From Flavobacteriaceae bacterium (GTDB taxonomy: Bacteria > Bacteroidota > Bacteroidia > Flavobacteriales > Flavobacteriaceae), in contig JABISF010000009.1 in the NCBI GenBank assembly GCA_018699935.1, positions 8,819-72,818 of the forward strand: 64,000 bases of DNA. Direction: 5' to 3'. Position 1 is the stretch's first letter, and every line of letters begins with the position of its first letter. This document shows positions 19,054 to 29,251 of this stretch, in pieces. The translations under genes were made by a program, and so were the position numbers. The notes beneath the pieces were generated by a model that saw only the letters and a list, made by a program, of their open reading frames with translations, searched no databases and was not told the origin of the DNA.

Positions 19054-20105
19054 TCCTCCTCCCCTTTAAATGATTGCCAGCCCTGAGCTGTCAATGGAAT
19101 TTGCTGCCCCAAACCCGTAATCAATTGACAGCCTGAATTGAAATCTGTTACATGACCGATGATGCTCACCAATGGGTGGGATTTTATTTTGTCGTAGTCG
19201 GATTGTTTGATGGTACACAGCAATTCATAGTCCTCTCCTCCGTTTAAAACGGCAGTGGTGGGATTGATTTTAAATTCTTCGCAAATGTTGATTACTTCCG
19301 GATCGATGGGTAATTTATCTTCAAAAATATGAATCCCCTTTTGGGAAGCTTTGGAAAGGTGCAAAATCTCGGAGGAAAGACCGTCACTGACATCAATCAT
19401 GGAAGTAGGGATAATCTTTAACGTTTCAAACAATTCAATAATATCTTTTCGAGCTTCCGGTTTTAATTGTCGACCTACGCTGTAACCATACTGACTTAAA
19501 TCCGGTTGGTTGTTGGGATTGACTTCAAATACCGCTTTTTCACGCTCCAAAACTTGCAAGCCGGCATAGGCGCCTCCTAAATCTCCACTGAGTACCACAA
19601 GATCGTTGTCTTGTGCGCCAGATCGGAGGGTAATTTCTTTTTTAGAGGCTCTGCCGAGTGCCGTAATGGAAAGAATTAGACCCGTAGTACTGCTTGTGGT
19701 GTCCCCACCAACCAAATCAACAGCGTAATTTTTGCATGCTAAAGCAATTCCCGCATAGAGTTCTTCGATAGCTTCGAGCGTAAAACGATTGGAAACCGCT
19801 AGGGAAACGGTGATTTGTGTAGGTTTTGCGTTCATCGCATAAATGTCTGAAAGATTGACCACGACAGCTTTATAGCCCAAATGCTTCAGGGGCATATAGC
19901 TTAAATCAAAATGGATGCCTTCCACCAAAAGATCGGTACTGACAAGGGTTTGTCCTTTGGTAAAATCGAGTATGGCAGCATCGTCTCCAACACCCAAAAC
20001 ACTACTGCTGTTTTGGCATTGAAAGTGTTGGGTCAAATGATCAATAAGTGCAAATTCTCCTAAAGTACTGAGCGGGGTGCGGGCGGGATTCTTGTTTTCT
20101 AGCAT
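19050..20105 (-). CDS. thiL: Thiamine-monophosphate kinase
   Basis: AIR-synthase-like fold motifs (GDDAAILD, VGGDTTSS). I place the start at MLENKN (ATG at 20103-20105). Confidence 0.85.
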   Translation of the reverse strand: MLENKNPARTPLSTLGEFALIDHLTQHFQCQNSSSVLGVGDDAAILDFTKGQTLVSTDLLVEGIHFDLSYMPLKHLGYKAVVVNLSDIYAMNAKPTQITVSLAVSNRFTLEAIEELYAGIALACKNYAVDLVGGDTTSSTTGLILSITALGRASKKEITLRSGAQDNDLVVLSGDLGGAYAGLQVLEREKAVFEVNPNNQPDLSQYGYSVGRQLKPEARKDIIELFETLKIIPTSMIDVSDGLSSEILHLSKASQKGIHIFEDKLPIDPEVINICEEFKINPTTAVLNGGEDYELLCTIKQSDYDKIKSHPLVSIIGHVTDFNSGCQLITGLGQQIPLTAQGWQSFKGEED

Positions 20106-20187
20106 TTGACAAAAGTACACACTCTTAACAAAACCTTAAACATGCTTTCGTACTTCTATTTTTTCTTTAATTTTAAAAAAAAAATTC

Positions 20188-21450
20188 ATGAAGCCCTTTT
20201 CTCTCCTTTTTATATTATGTATACTTATCTCTTGTTCCAAAAGTGAGGTTCTCGAAAACGAGAATCCAAATTCCGATTCGGAATCCACTTTGGAAGATGG
20301 AAACACCGATCCGGCACCGATAATCGCCACGCCCTGTGTGGATGGAATGGCGGGGATTTTCCCCTGTTCGGGTTATGACTTGTTAGCCAATATTTCTTTG
20401 GCGACTTTTGAAAGTGAGTCGGGTAGTGACAGTTGGGGATGGACCGATCCCGAAACAGGCAAAGAGATTGCTTTGATGGGTTTGTATGAAGGAACGGCTT
20501 TTGTAGATATCAGCGATCCGGAAAACCCTATTATTTTGGGAAAATTACTGGCGGCTTCCGTGGAAAGCCAGTGGAGAGACATCAAAGTTTTTAACGATCA
20601 TGCGTTTATCGTTAGCGAAGCCCCAGGACATGGACTTCAAGTTTTTGATTTGACGCGTTTGCGAAACGCTACCCAAAATGAAATTTTTACCGCCGATGTA
20701 CATTTAACCGATTTTGGGAATGCACACAATATTGCCATCAATGAATCAACGGGTTTTGCCTATGTGGTGGGTAATAATGACCTATACAAAGGGGGGCCTA
20801 TTTTTATTGACATCAACGACCCAAAAAACCCTGTTTTGGCGGGAGGGTATGCAGACGCTTCTTACACACACGACCTTCAAGCGGTCATCTACCAGGGTCC
20901 CGACACCAAGCATCAAGGCAAAGAACTGCTTTTTGCAAGCAATAGCGATGGTGGGGCAAACAATCAATTGGTCGTTTTGGATGTTACGGATAAATCCAAC
21001 CCCCAGCGGATTAAAAATATTACCTATGCCAATGGGGGGTATACGCATCAAGCTTGGTTGACCGAAGATCATGCCTATATACTTTTGGGAGATGAGCTCG
21101 ATGAATACAAATATGGAAGTCCTACACAAACGCGTGTCTTTGATATACGCGACATTGAGAATGCCATCTTATTTCACGATTATTTTGGACCCACCAACGC
21201 CATCGATCACAACGGCTATGTGAATGGAACGGTTTTCTATTTGGCCAATTATTCCGCTGGTTTTAGAGCCATTGACCTCTCCAATTTGGCAGAGAAAGAA
21301 ATGTCAGAAACCGGGTTTTTTGATACCTACCCCAATGATGACGCCACTGACTTTACGGGAGTTTGGAATGTGTATCCCTATTTCAAAAGTGGTGTCATCC
21401 TCATCAGCGATATTAATTCCGGTTTGTTTTTAGTTAAAGCTTCCAATTGA
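20188..21450 (+). CDS. Choice-of-anchor B / LVIVD-repeat beta-propeller lipoprotein
   Basis: 420 aa with a lipobox (ILISCS). Motifs RDIKVFNDHAFIVSE, AHNIAINE and YTHQAWLTEDHAYILLGDELDE recall choice-of-anchor B proteins. Confidence 0.65.
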   Translation: MKPFSLLFILCILISCSKSEVLENENPNSDSESTLEDGNTDPAPIIATPCVDGMAGIFPCSGYDLLANISLATFESESGSDSWGWTDPETGKEIALMGLYEGTAFVDISDPENPIILGKLLAASVESQWRDIKVFNDHAFIVSEAPGHGLQVFDLTRLRNATQNEIFTADVHLTDFGNAHNIAINESTGFAYVVGNNDLYKGGPIFIDINDPKNPVLAGGYADASYTHDLQAVIYQGPDTKHQGKELLFASNSDGGANNQLVVLDVTDKSNPQRIKNITYANGGYTHQAWLTEDHAYILLGDELDEYKYGSPTQTRVFDIRDIENAILFHDYFGPTNAIDHNGYVNGTVFYLANYSAGFRAIDLSNLAEKEMSETGFFDTYPNDDATDFTGVWNVYPYFKSGVILISDINSGLFLVKASN

Positions 21451-21453
21451 TCG

Positions 21454-22779
21454 ATGCAAAAAACGGTTGGTATTTTGTTTTTGTTTATGATCTCTTGTTC
21501 GTTGGAACCCTCCTCCGATTGGCCTGAATTTCCACAAAACCAAGGGGTATGGGATTTTGTTTCCCTTTTTGGCGGCACTTCAGAAGACATTGCACATGCA
21601 GTCATTGCGACCCAAGATGGGGGCTATGCAATCCTGGGAAATACCTCAAGTTCCGATGGAGATTTTGATTTTAAGAACACAACGGACAGCGATATATTTC
21701 TTTTAAAATTTAGTGCTTCGCATCAATTGGAATGGAAGCAAACCTATGGGGGTACAGACGATGATCGTGGACATGGTTTGATTGAACTTTCCGAAGGGGG
21801 TTTTGCTTTGGTGGGATACAGCAGAAGTAGTGACGGAGATGCCTCCAACAACCAAGGACAGCATGACAATTGGGTTTTGGTTGTGGATGCTCAGGGAGCT
21901 TTGATGTGGGAACGCAGTTATGGTTTTGCAGGGCATGATCATGCGTTTAATATTATTGAAACGGCGGATGGAAATTTATTTTTTAACGGCTATTTAGACG
22001 TCACGGCATCCAATGGTCTCGGCAACGAAAAAAAATTAAATGCCTCCTCGACGCGCCATGGTGTGGGAGAGTTTTGGTGTCATAAAATTGATAAAAAAGG
22101 TCAAATCCTTTGGCGACGCTATTTTGGTGGAACCAATAACGATCGCTCCTACGATGCGATCGAAACCTCGGACGGCAATTTTTTGCTGGTCGGTGTTTCC
22201 GAAAGTCAAGATGTGGACATTTCTTCCCCTCATGGGAGTTACGACATTTGGGTGGTTAAAATGGATCAAAACGGAACCCTACTTTGGGAAAAATCCATTG
22301 GAGGGAGTGGCTATGATATTGCTTATTCCGTACTAGAAAATCAGGATGGGAATTATATGCTTTTGGGGCAAAGTGACAGTACCAACGGGGATGTCCAAAG
22401 GACACTGGGAAATTCAGATTTTCTTTTGACTACGCTGACACCAGGAGGGAAAATCATAAGAATGAACAATTTGGGAACGACTGCTTTCGATTCCGGTCAG
22501 GCGTTGTTGCAGACTTCCACAGGAGCACTCTTTGCCGTAGGTCATACCGCCGACCGAGACGGCACCCCTTTGGCCAATGATTTACTCTTGCTTCGATGCC
22601 ATCGGCAAGGCGATGCGCTGGCCGAATATCGCCTGTCCGGTTCGGGCTTGGAAATCGGCTATGATCTAGCGGTTTTGAAGGACGGCAGCCTTTTGGTTGT
22701 TGGCGAGAGCAGCAGTAATGATGGGGATTTTAGCGGAGCCCATGGGGATAAAGACATCCTCCTTGCTCACTGGTATTGA
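21454..22779 (+). CDS. Tandem-repeat (beta-propeller-like) lipoprotein, unknown function
   Basis: 441 aa with a lipobox (FMISCS). It holds about 7-8 degenerate repeats of 50-60 aa, of the form GGtxxDxxxxviet.DGgyxlvGxsxSxDGDxxxxxGxxDxWvvKxdxxGxllWek. Confidence 0.6.
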   Translation: MQKTVGILFLFMISCSLEPSSDWPEFPQNQGVWDFVSLFGGTSEDIAHAVIATQDGGYAILGNTSSSDGDFDFKNTTDSDIFLLKFSASHQLEWKQTYGGTDDDRGHGLIELSEGGFALVGYSRSSDGDASNNQGQHDNWVLVVDAQGALMWERSYGFAGHDHAFNIIETADGNLFFNGYLDVTASNGLGNEKKLNASSTRHGVGEFWCHKIDKKGQILWRRYFGGTNNDRSYDAIETSDGNFLLVGVSESQDVDISSPHGSYDIWVVKMDQNGTLLWEKSIGGSGYDIAYSVLENQDGNYMLLGQSDSTNGDVQRTLGNSDFLLTTLTPGGKIIRMNNLGTTAFDSGQALLQTSTGALFAVGHTADRDGTPLANDLLLLRCHRQGDALAEYRLSGSGLEIGYDLAVLKDGSLLVVGESSSNDGDFSGAHGDKDILLAHWY

Positions 22780-22841
22780 TAAACTCGATTTCTGAATCAC
22801 TGAATTCGATCGTTAGGGTATGTAAATCCCTATAAATACGC

Positions 22842-22849
22842 TATATTTG
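22842..22849 (+). promoter_or_regulatory. Candidate -7 promoter box (TATATTTG) for the suf operon
   Basis: Exact TAnnTTTG match 29 nt upstream of the first suf-operon ATG (22878). Confidence 0.35.
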
Positions 22850-22877
22850 CCCTTTATTTAGAATAATTCTTTACAAA

Positions 22878-23207
22878 ATGATAAAAGTAGCACCCAGTGC
22901 AAAAAGTAAAGTTACTACTTTGATGCAAGAAGAAGGTTTCGACCCTACGGTGGATTTTGTTCGTGTGGGGGTTAAAAGTGGAGGCTGTTCAGGATTGTCT
23001 TATGATCTAAAATTCGATCATGACATGCGAGCCGAAGATAAATTGTTTGAAGACAATGAAGTCAAAATTGTTGTAGATAAAAAAAGTTTGCTTTACCTCA
23101 TCGGAACCACTTTGGAATTTTCGGGAGGCTTAAATGGGAAAGGCTTTGTTTTCAACAATCCCAATGCACAACGCACCTGTGGATGTGGAGAGAGTTTTTC
23201 GCTTTAA
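22878..23207 (+). CDS. A-type Fe-S cluster carrier (IscA/SufA/ErpA family)
   Basis: 109 aa with GGCSGLSY and a C-terminal CGCGESF motif. Confidence 0.92.
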   Translation: MIKVAPSAKSKVTTLMQEEGFDPTVDFVRVGVKSGGCSGLSYDLKFDHDMRAEDKLFEDNEVKIVVDKKSLLYLIGTTLEFSGGLNGKGFVFNNPNAQRTCGCGESFSL

Positions 23208-23216
23208 ATTAAGAAA

Positions 23217-24662
23217 ATGGCGTATACAGAAGAAGAATTAAAAAAAGAACTCGAAACCAAGGAATACGAATACGGGTTTTATACAGATATTGAATCGGAT
23301 ACTTTTCCGAAGGGACTCAATGCGGATATTGTCCGTAAGATTTCAGAGAAAAAAGGGGAACCCACCTGGATGACCGAATGGCGGTTGTCAGCCTATGAGG
23401 CTTGGCTTGAAATGGAAGAACCCGAATGGGCCAATGTTAGCTACACCAAACCCAACCTTCAAGAGATTTCCTATTATTCGGCACCCAAAACCAACCCCAA
23501 ATACAACAATTTGGACGAGGTGGATCCCGATTTGTTGGATACTTTTAATCGTTTGGGAATTTCCCTTGAGGAGCAGAAAAAATTGGCAGGTGTGGCCGTG
23601 GACATTGTCATGGACTCTGTTTCTGTGGCTACAACCTTCAAGAAAACATTGGCTGAAAAAGGAATCATCTTTTGCTCCATTTCGGAGGCCATCAAAGAGC
23701 ATCCCGAATTGGTAAAAAAATATCTGGGAACCGTTGTTCCTCCAAAGGATAATTATTATGCCGGATTAAACAGTGCTGTTTTTACTGACGGATCTTTTTG
23801 TTATATCCCAAAAGGGGTTCGCTGTCCCATGGAATTGTCCACCTATTTCCGCATCAATCAAGCGGGAACCGGACAATTTGAACGCACTTTGGTGATTGCG
23901 GATCAAGAGAGTTATGTGAGTTATTTGGAAGGCTGTACAGCCCCCTCAAGAGATGAAAATCAATTGCATGCCGCCGTGGTAGAGTTGATTGCTTTGGATG
24001 ACGCTGAGATCAAATACTCCACCGTACAAAACTGGTACCCCGGTGACAAGTCGGGCAAAGGGGGCGTTTTTAACTTTGTAACCAAACGAGGCATTTGCCA
24101 TACGCGGTCCAAAATTTCTTGGACGCAAGTGGAAACCGGTTCTGCGGTAACTTGGAAATATCCTTCCTGCATTCTAAAGGGAGATTATTCCATCGGAGAG
24201 TTTTATTCGATTGCCGTGACCAACAACCGCCAGCAAGCCGATACCGGAACCAAGATGATTCACTTGGGAAAAAACACCAAGAGTACCATTATTTCCAAAG
24301 GTATTTCCGCAGGAGAATCGCAAAACAGCTACCGAGGTTTGGTACAAGTGGGGGCTCGAGCCAGTCAGGCGAGAAACTTTTCGCAATGTGATTCTTTGTT
24401 GATGGGTAACAGCTGTGGGGCGCATACCTTTCCCTACATCGAGGCCAAAAACAATACGGCCCAGATAGAACACGAAGCAACCACCAGTAAAATTGGAGAA
24501 GATCAAATTTTTTATTGCAACCAAAGAGGGATTGACACCGAAAAAGCCATTGCCTTAATCGTCAATGGGTTTAGTAAGGAAGTCTTGAATAAACTCCCCA
24601 TGGAATTTGCCGTTGAAGCACAAAAACTATTAGAAATTTCACTCGAGGGATCGGTGGGGTAA
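23217..24662 (+). CDS. sufB: Fe-S cluster assembly scaffold SufB
   Basis: 481 aa with conserved SufB blocks ([30 protein letters not shown]). Confidence 0.96.
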   Translation: MAYTEEELKKELETKEYEYGFYTDIESDTFPKGLNADIVRKISEKKGEPTWMTEWRLSAYEAWLEMEEPEWANVSYTKPNLQEISYYSAPKTNPKYNNLDEVDPDLLDTFNRLGISLEEQKKLAGVAVDIVMDSVSVATTFKKTLAEKGIIFCSISEAIKEHPELVKKYLGTVVPPKDNYYAGLNSAVFTDGSFCYIPKGVRCPMELSTYFRINQAGTGQFERTLVIADQESYVSYLEGCTAPSRDENQLHAAVVELIALDDAEIKYSTVQNWYPGDKSGKGGVFNFVTKRGICHTRSKISWTQVETGSAVTWKYPSCILKGDYSIGEFYSIAVTNNRQQADTGTKMIHLGKNTKSTIISKGISAGESQNSYRGLVQVGARASQARNFSQCDSLLMGNSCGAHTFPYIEAKNNTAQIEHEATTSKIGEDQIFYCNQRGIDTEKAIALIVNGFSKEVLNKLPMEFAVEAQKLLEISLEGSVG

Positions 24663-24676
24663 AAAATAAACTGACT

Positions 24677-25423
24677 ATGTTAACGATTGAGAATTTACAT
24701 GCCGAAATAGAAGGCAAAAAAATATTAAACGGGATTGATCTGGACGTAAAAGCTGGGGAAATCCACGCCATCATGGGACCCAATGGCTCTGGAAAAAGTA
24801 CTCTTTCTTCCGTAATTGCGGGGAATGAAGACTATGAGATGACCAAAGGCTCCATGCTTTTTGGGGGTCAAGATTTGTCTGAACTCGATGCTGAATCGAG
24901 AGCTCATTTGGGAATCTTTTTATCCTTTCAGTACCCCGTTGAAATTCCTGGAGTAACGGTGACCAATTTTATCAAAACAGCCATCAATGCCTCCCGAAAA
25001 GCACAAGGCTTGGAAGACATGCCGGCGAGTGATTTGCTCAAAAAAATTCGTGAAAAGGCGCAGTTGTTGGATATTGATTCAAAGTTTCTATCGCGTTCCC
25101 TCAACGAAGGTTTTTCAGGGGGAGAAAAAAAACGCAACGAAATTTTTCAAATGGCCATGTTGGAACCAAAACTCGCCATTTTGGATGAAACCGATTCCGG
25201 TTTGGACATCGATGCCCTAAAAATTGTTGCCAATGGAGTCAACAAATTGAGAAATAAGGACAACGCCGTGGTGGTTATTACGCACTATCAGCGTTTGTTG
25301 GATTATATCGTTCCCGATTTTGTACACGTACTTTTTAACGGAAAAATTGTTAAATCTGGCACCAAAGAACTGGCACATGAGTTGGAGGCCAAAGGCTATG
25401 ATTGGATTAAAGAATTGGCATAA
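24677..25423 (+). CDS. sufC: Fe-S cluster assembly ATPase SufC
   Basis: 248 aa with Walker A GPNGSGKST, ABC signature FSGGEKKR and Walker B LAILDETDSGLD. Confidence 0.96.
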   Translation: MLTIENLHAEIEGKKILNGIDLDVKAGEIHAIMGPNGSGKSTLSSVIAGNEDYEMTKGSMLFGGQDLSELDAESRAHLGIFLSFQYPVEIPGVTVTNFIKTAINASRKAQGLEDMPASDLLKKIREKAQLLDIDSKFLSRSLNEGFSGGEKKRNEIFQMAMLEPKLAILDETDSGLDIDALKIVANGVNKLRNKDNAVVVITHYQRLLDYIVPDFVHVLFNGKIVKSGTKELAHELEAKGYDWIKELA

Positions 25424-26740
25424 ATGGATTTTCAAGACAAATTAATATCTTCTTATTTGGCCTTTGAAGAGGGGGTCAATCTTTCGGATTCGGTTCACAA
25501 GACACGTGCCAAGGCATTGAAATATTTTGAGGAAACGGGATTTCCAACGCGCAAGGATGAGTCATGGAAATACACTTCTTTGGCGGCTTTGATCAATCAG
25601 GATTATTCCCTTTTTCCAAAATCGGAATCCACCATTGAATTACGAGACGTCAAAAAATATTTTCTGTACGACACCGACACTTATAAAGTTATTTTTATTG
25701 ACGGTGTTTACAGTCCTTTCTTGTCCAATACCACGCACGATGGATTGGATGTTTGTTTGATGTCAGCGGCCTTGACTAAACCCAAATACCGGGAGTTGAT
25801 CAACACCTATTTCAACAAAATTGCTCCCGCCAACGAGAGTTTGACGGCCTTGAATACGTCCTACGCCAAAGAGGGAGCCTATATTTATATTCCGCCCAGT
25901 GTTGTGGCAGAAAAACCCATAGAGATCATTCATTTTGCCTCGGGGAACGAAACTTCCCTTTGGATGCAACCGCGCAATTTGATCGTAGTGGATAAGAATG
26001 CACAAGTACAAATCATCGAACGTCACCAAAGCCTAAAAGCGCATGCGGTGGTCACCAATAGTGTGACCGAAATTTTTGTCCATCAGGATGCCTTTTTGGA
26101 CTATTACAAACTCCAAAATGATTTGGAATCCGCTTCTTTGATTGATAACACCTATATTACTCAAGAAAAAAACAGCCATGCCAGCGTCCACACTTTTTCC
26201 TTGGGAGGAAAATTGATTCGCAATAATTTAAATTTTTATCACAAAGGAGAACACATCCTATCCACCTTAAAAGGGGTCACCATTTTGGAAGATCAACAAC
26301 ATGTCGATCATTCCACCTTGGTGCACCATGCGCAACCCAATTGCGAAAGCCATCAGGACTACAAAGGCATTTTCTCCGACCGTTCGGAAGGGGTATTTAA
26401 TGGTAAAATTGTGGTGGATAAAGTGGCTCAAAAAACAAATGCTTTTCAGCAAAACAACAATATTTTGTTGGAGAACAAAGCCACCATCAATACCAAACCG
26501 CAGCTTGAAATTTTTGCCGATGATGTGAAATGTTCACACGGTTGTACTGTGGGACAATTGGACGAAGAAGCCCTTTTTTATTTGCGTTCCAGAGGGATTC
26601 CCAAAAAAGAAGCCAAAGCCTTGTTGACCTATGCCTTTGCAAATACTGTTTTAAACAGTGTGCAACTACCCAGTTTGAAAAAAAGAATCAATCTTCAAAT
26701 TGCTAAAAAATTAGGGGTGAATTTGGGTTTTGAATTATAA
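25424..26740 (+). CDS. sufD: Fe-S cluster assembly protein SufD
   Basis: 438 aa. It has a SufB/D-type C-terminal beta-helix region and follows sufC directly. Confidence 0.9.
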   Translation: MDFQDKLISSYLAFEEGVNLSDSVHKTRAKALKYFEETGFPTRKDESWKYTSLAALINQDYSLFPKSESTIELRDVKKYFLYDTDTYKVIFIDGVYSPFLSNTTHDGLDVCLMSAALTKPKYRELINTYFNKIAPANESLTALNTSYAKEGAYIYIPPSVVAEKPIEIIHFASGNETSLWMQPRNLIVVDKNAQVQIIERHQSLKAHAVVTNSVTEIFVHQDAFLDYYKLQNDLESASLIDNTYITQEKNSHASVHTFSLGGKLIRNNLNFYHKGEHILSTLKGVTILEDQQHVDHSTLVHHAQPNCESHQDYKGIFSDRSEGVFNGKIVVDKVAQKTNAFQQNNNILLENKATINTKPQLEIFADDVKCSHGCTVGQLDEEALFYLRSRGIPKKEAKALLTYAFANTVLNSVQLPSLKKRINLQIAKKLGVNLGFEL

Positions 26741-26744
26741 GCAG

Positions 26745-27959
26745 ATGTTCGACGTTTCAAAAATCAGACAAGATTTCCCGATACTTTCCAGAGAAGTGAA
26801 TGGAAAACCCTTGGTTTATTTTGATAATGCAGCGACTTCACAAACCCCGGTTCAGGTCATTCAAACCATCGTTGATTATTATTCGCGCTACAACGCCAAC
26901 ATTCACCGTGGGGTCCATACATTGAGTCAAGAAGCCACGGATGCCTATGAAAAGGCAAGGGGTATCATTCAAAAACAGTTTAACGCCCAACATCCCCATG
27001 AAGTCATCCTAACTTCTGGGACGACGCATGGAATCAATATTGTAGCTGCGGGCTATGCCACTTTGTTAAAGGCAGGGGACGAATTACTTGTTTCTGCGAT
27101 GGAACATCATTCCAACATTGTGCCTTGGCAAATGCTATGTGAAAAGACAGGAGCACTACTAAAAGTCATTCCCATGAATACACAAGGGGTGCTTCAAATG
27201 GACGTCTTCGAAACGTTGCTTTCCTCCAAAACCAAATTGATCTTTGTCAATCATGTTTCGAATGCCTTGGGAACCATCAATCCCATTCGACAAATCATAG
27301 AAAAAGCCCATGCGGTTGGCGCCCATGTATTGATTGACGGAGCACAATCAACACCGCACCTCAAAACCGATGTTCAGGCTTTGGATGTTGACTTTTTTGT
27401 GACCTCTGCGCACAAACTTTGCGGACCAACGGGCGTGGGAATGCTCTACGGAAAGTCCGAGCTACTCAACGCATTACCCCCCTATCAGGGCGGTGGGGAG
27501 ATGATTGCCGAAGTGACTTTTGAAAAAACAACCTATGCCGATTTGCCGCATAAGTTTGAAGCCGGAACACCCAATATAGCTGGGGGAATCGCTTTTGGTG
27601 CTGCTTTGGAATACATCAATCAAATCGGATTAGAAAATATTGCAGCCTATGAAAACGAATTGCTCGAATATGCTACCGAACAGCTTGGCACGATTCCGGG
27701 CTTACAGATTTATGGGCAGGCTGCGGAAAAAATAGCCGTCATCTCTTTCAATGTGGACGGAATACATCCCTACGACATCGGAAGTATTTTGGACAAGTTG
27801 GGAATAGCGGTCAGAACCGGGCATCATTGCGCTCAACCCATTATGGATTTCTACAAAATTCCGGGGACCGTTCGCGCTTCTTTTGCCTTTTATAACACAC
27901 GAGAGGAAATTGATCTACTGGTTGCTGGGGTGAAAAGAGCCCTTTCGATGTTACAATAA
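26745..27959 (+). CDS. sufS: Cysteine desulfurase SufS (class V aminotransferase)
   Basis: PLP lysine context FVTSAHKLCGPTG and active-site RTGHHCAQP. I prefer the ATG at 26745 over the tracked TTG at 26730. Confidence 0.93.
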   Translation: MFDVSKIRQDFPILSREVNGKPLVYFDNAATSQTPVQVIQTIVDYYSRYNANIHRGVHTLSQEATDAYEKARGIIQKQFNAQHPHEVILTSGTTHGINIVAAGYATLLKAGDELLVSAMEHHSNIVPWQMLCEKTGALLKVIPMNTQGVLQMDVFETLLSSKTKLIFVNHVSNALGTINPIRQIIEKAHAVGAHVLIDGAQSTPHLKTDVQALDVDFFVTSAHKLCGPTGVGMLYGKSELLNALPPYQGGGEMIAEVTFEKTTYADLPHKFEAGTPNIAGGIAFGAALEYINQIGLENIAAYENELLEYATEQLGTIPGLQIYGQAAEKIAVISFNVDGIHPYDIGSILDKLGIAVRTGHHCAQPIMDFYKIPGTVRASFAFYNTREEIDLLVAGVKRALSMLQ

Positions 27960-27976
27960 TTTTATACCTTTTAGCA

Positions 27977-28402
27977 GTGAAAAGCATTGAAGAAATACAA
28001 AACGAAATCGTAGCAGAGTTTTCCTTTTTTGAGGATTGGATGCAACGCTACGAGCATATGATCGAATTGGGGAAAAGTTTGCCCCTTATTGATCCGCATT
28101 ACAAAACAGAAGACAACATCATCAAAGGCTGCCAAAGCAAAGTTTGGGTACACGCCCAATTGGAAGGAGATGCACTGGTGTTTTCTGCCGATAGTGATGC
28201 GATTATTACCAAAGGAATTATTGCGTTATTGATTCGAGTTTTTTCGCATCAACATCCCAAGGCGATTTTGGATGCAAATAGTGATTTTATCGACGAAATT
28301 GGACTTCGAGAACATCTGTCTCCCACCCGAGCCAACGGTCTTTTGTCCATGATCAAACAGATCAAACTTTACGCCATTGCCTTTCAAACACAATTGAACT
28401 AA
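27977..28402 (+). CDS. sufE: Sulfur acceptor SufE (GTG start)
   Basis: 141 aa with the conserved cysteine context IIKGCQSKVW. Confidence 0.9.
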   Translation: MKSIEEIQNEIVAEFSFFEDWMQRYEHMIELGKSLPLIDPHYKTEDNIIKGCQSKVWVHAQLEGDALVFSADSDAIITKGIIALLIRVFSHQHPKAILDANSDFIDEIGLREHLSPTRANGLLSMIKQIKLYAIAFQTQLN

Positions 28403-28405
28403 TTT

Positions 28406-28732
28406 ATGGAATCAAATACACCCGATACAGCGGCTTTAGGAGAAAAGATTGTAGGCATCTTAAAAACCATTTACGATCCGGAAATTCCGGTGGATATCTA
28501 CGAACTGGGGCTGATTTATGACGTATTTGTCAACGAAGCGAATGAGGTCAAAATTTTGATGACCCTAACCACACCCAATTGTCCGGTGGCAGAATCGCTG
28601 CCCATGGAAGTGGAAGAAAAAGTAAAGTCTTTGGACGAAGTGAGCACTGCTGAGGTGGAAATCACCTTTGATCCACCTTGGACACAAGACCTGATGAGCG
28701 AAGAAGCCAAATTGGAATTGGGAATGCTATAA
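28406..28732 (+). CDS. DUF59/SufT-like Fe-S assembly protein
   Basis: 108 aa with IYDPEIPVDIYELGLIY and TTPNCPVAE motifs typical of DUF59 (MIP18) proteins. Confidence 0.88.
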   Translation: MESNTPDTAALGEKIVGILKTIYDPEIPVDIYELGLIYDVFVNEANEVKILMTLTTPNCPVAESLPMEVEEKVKSLDEVSTAEVEITFDPPWTQDLMSEEAKLELGML

Positions 28733-28735
28733 GTT

Positions 28736-29251
28736 ATGGAAGAAACCATTGTCAATAAAGTAGCCAATAGCGCACTGGTCACCATTGATTTGGCGGATTA
28801 TCGACCGCAAGGGCAACGCACTTTTATTGATTTATCCCAATGGTTGGAAGAGGGCATATTACTGCGCGAAAAACCGTTTCGAGCCGCCTTAAATGCCCAT
28901 GACTGGAAACAGTACACCGATCATTTTGTTGCTATTGCTTATCAGGCCGATACCGTAATTCCTGCTTGGGCGGCCTTATTGGTGGCCAGTCATTTACAAC
29001 CCTATGCTGCAGTGATGGTCTTGGGGAGTTTGGAAGCCTTGGAACAAAAGCTTTTCAGCGATCGTATTGCCCAATTGGATGTCCATCCTTTTGTTGGAAA
29101 GCCGCTCATCATTAAGGGTTGTTCGGATGCTTCACTTCCACAAGACGCCTATATTCAATTGGTGGGTCGTTTGCAGTCCGTGGCTAAAAGTTTGTTTTAT
29201 GGTGAAGCCTGTTCTTCCGTACCTTTGTGGAAGGCAAAAAAACAAGGGTGA
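28736..29251 (+). CDS. DUF2480-like protein of the Bacteroidota suf operon
   Basis: 171 aa directly downstream of the DUF59 gene. The sequence pattern (IVNKVANSALVTIDLADY) matches my recollection of DUF2480. Confidence 0.65.
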   Translation: MEETIVNKVANSALVTIDLADYRPQGQRTFIDLSQWLEEGILLREKPFRAALNAHDWKQYTDHFVAIAYQADTVIPAWAALLVASHLQPYAAVMVLGSLEALEQKLFSDRIAQLDVHPFVGKPLIIKGCSDASLPQDAYIQLVGRLQSVAKSLFYGEACSSVPLWKAKKQG

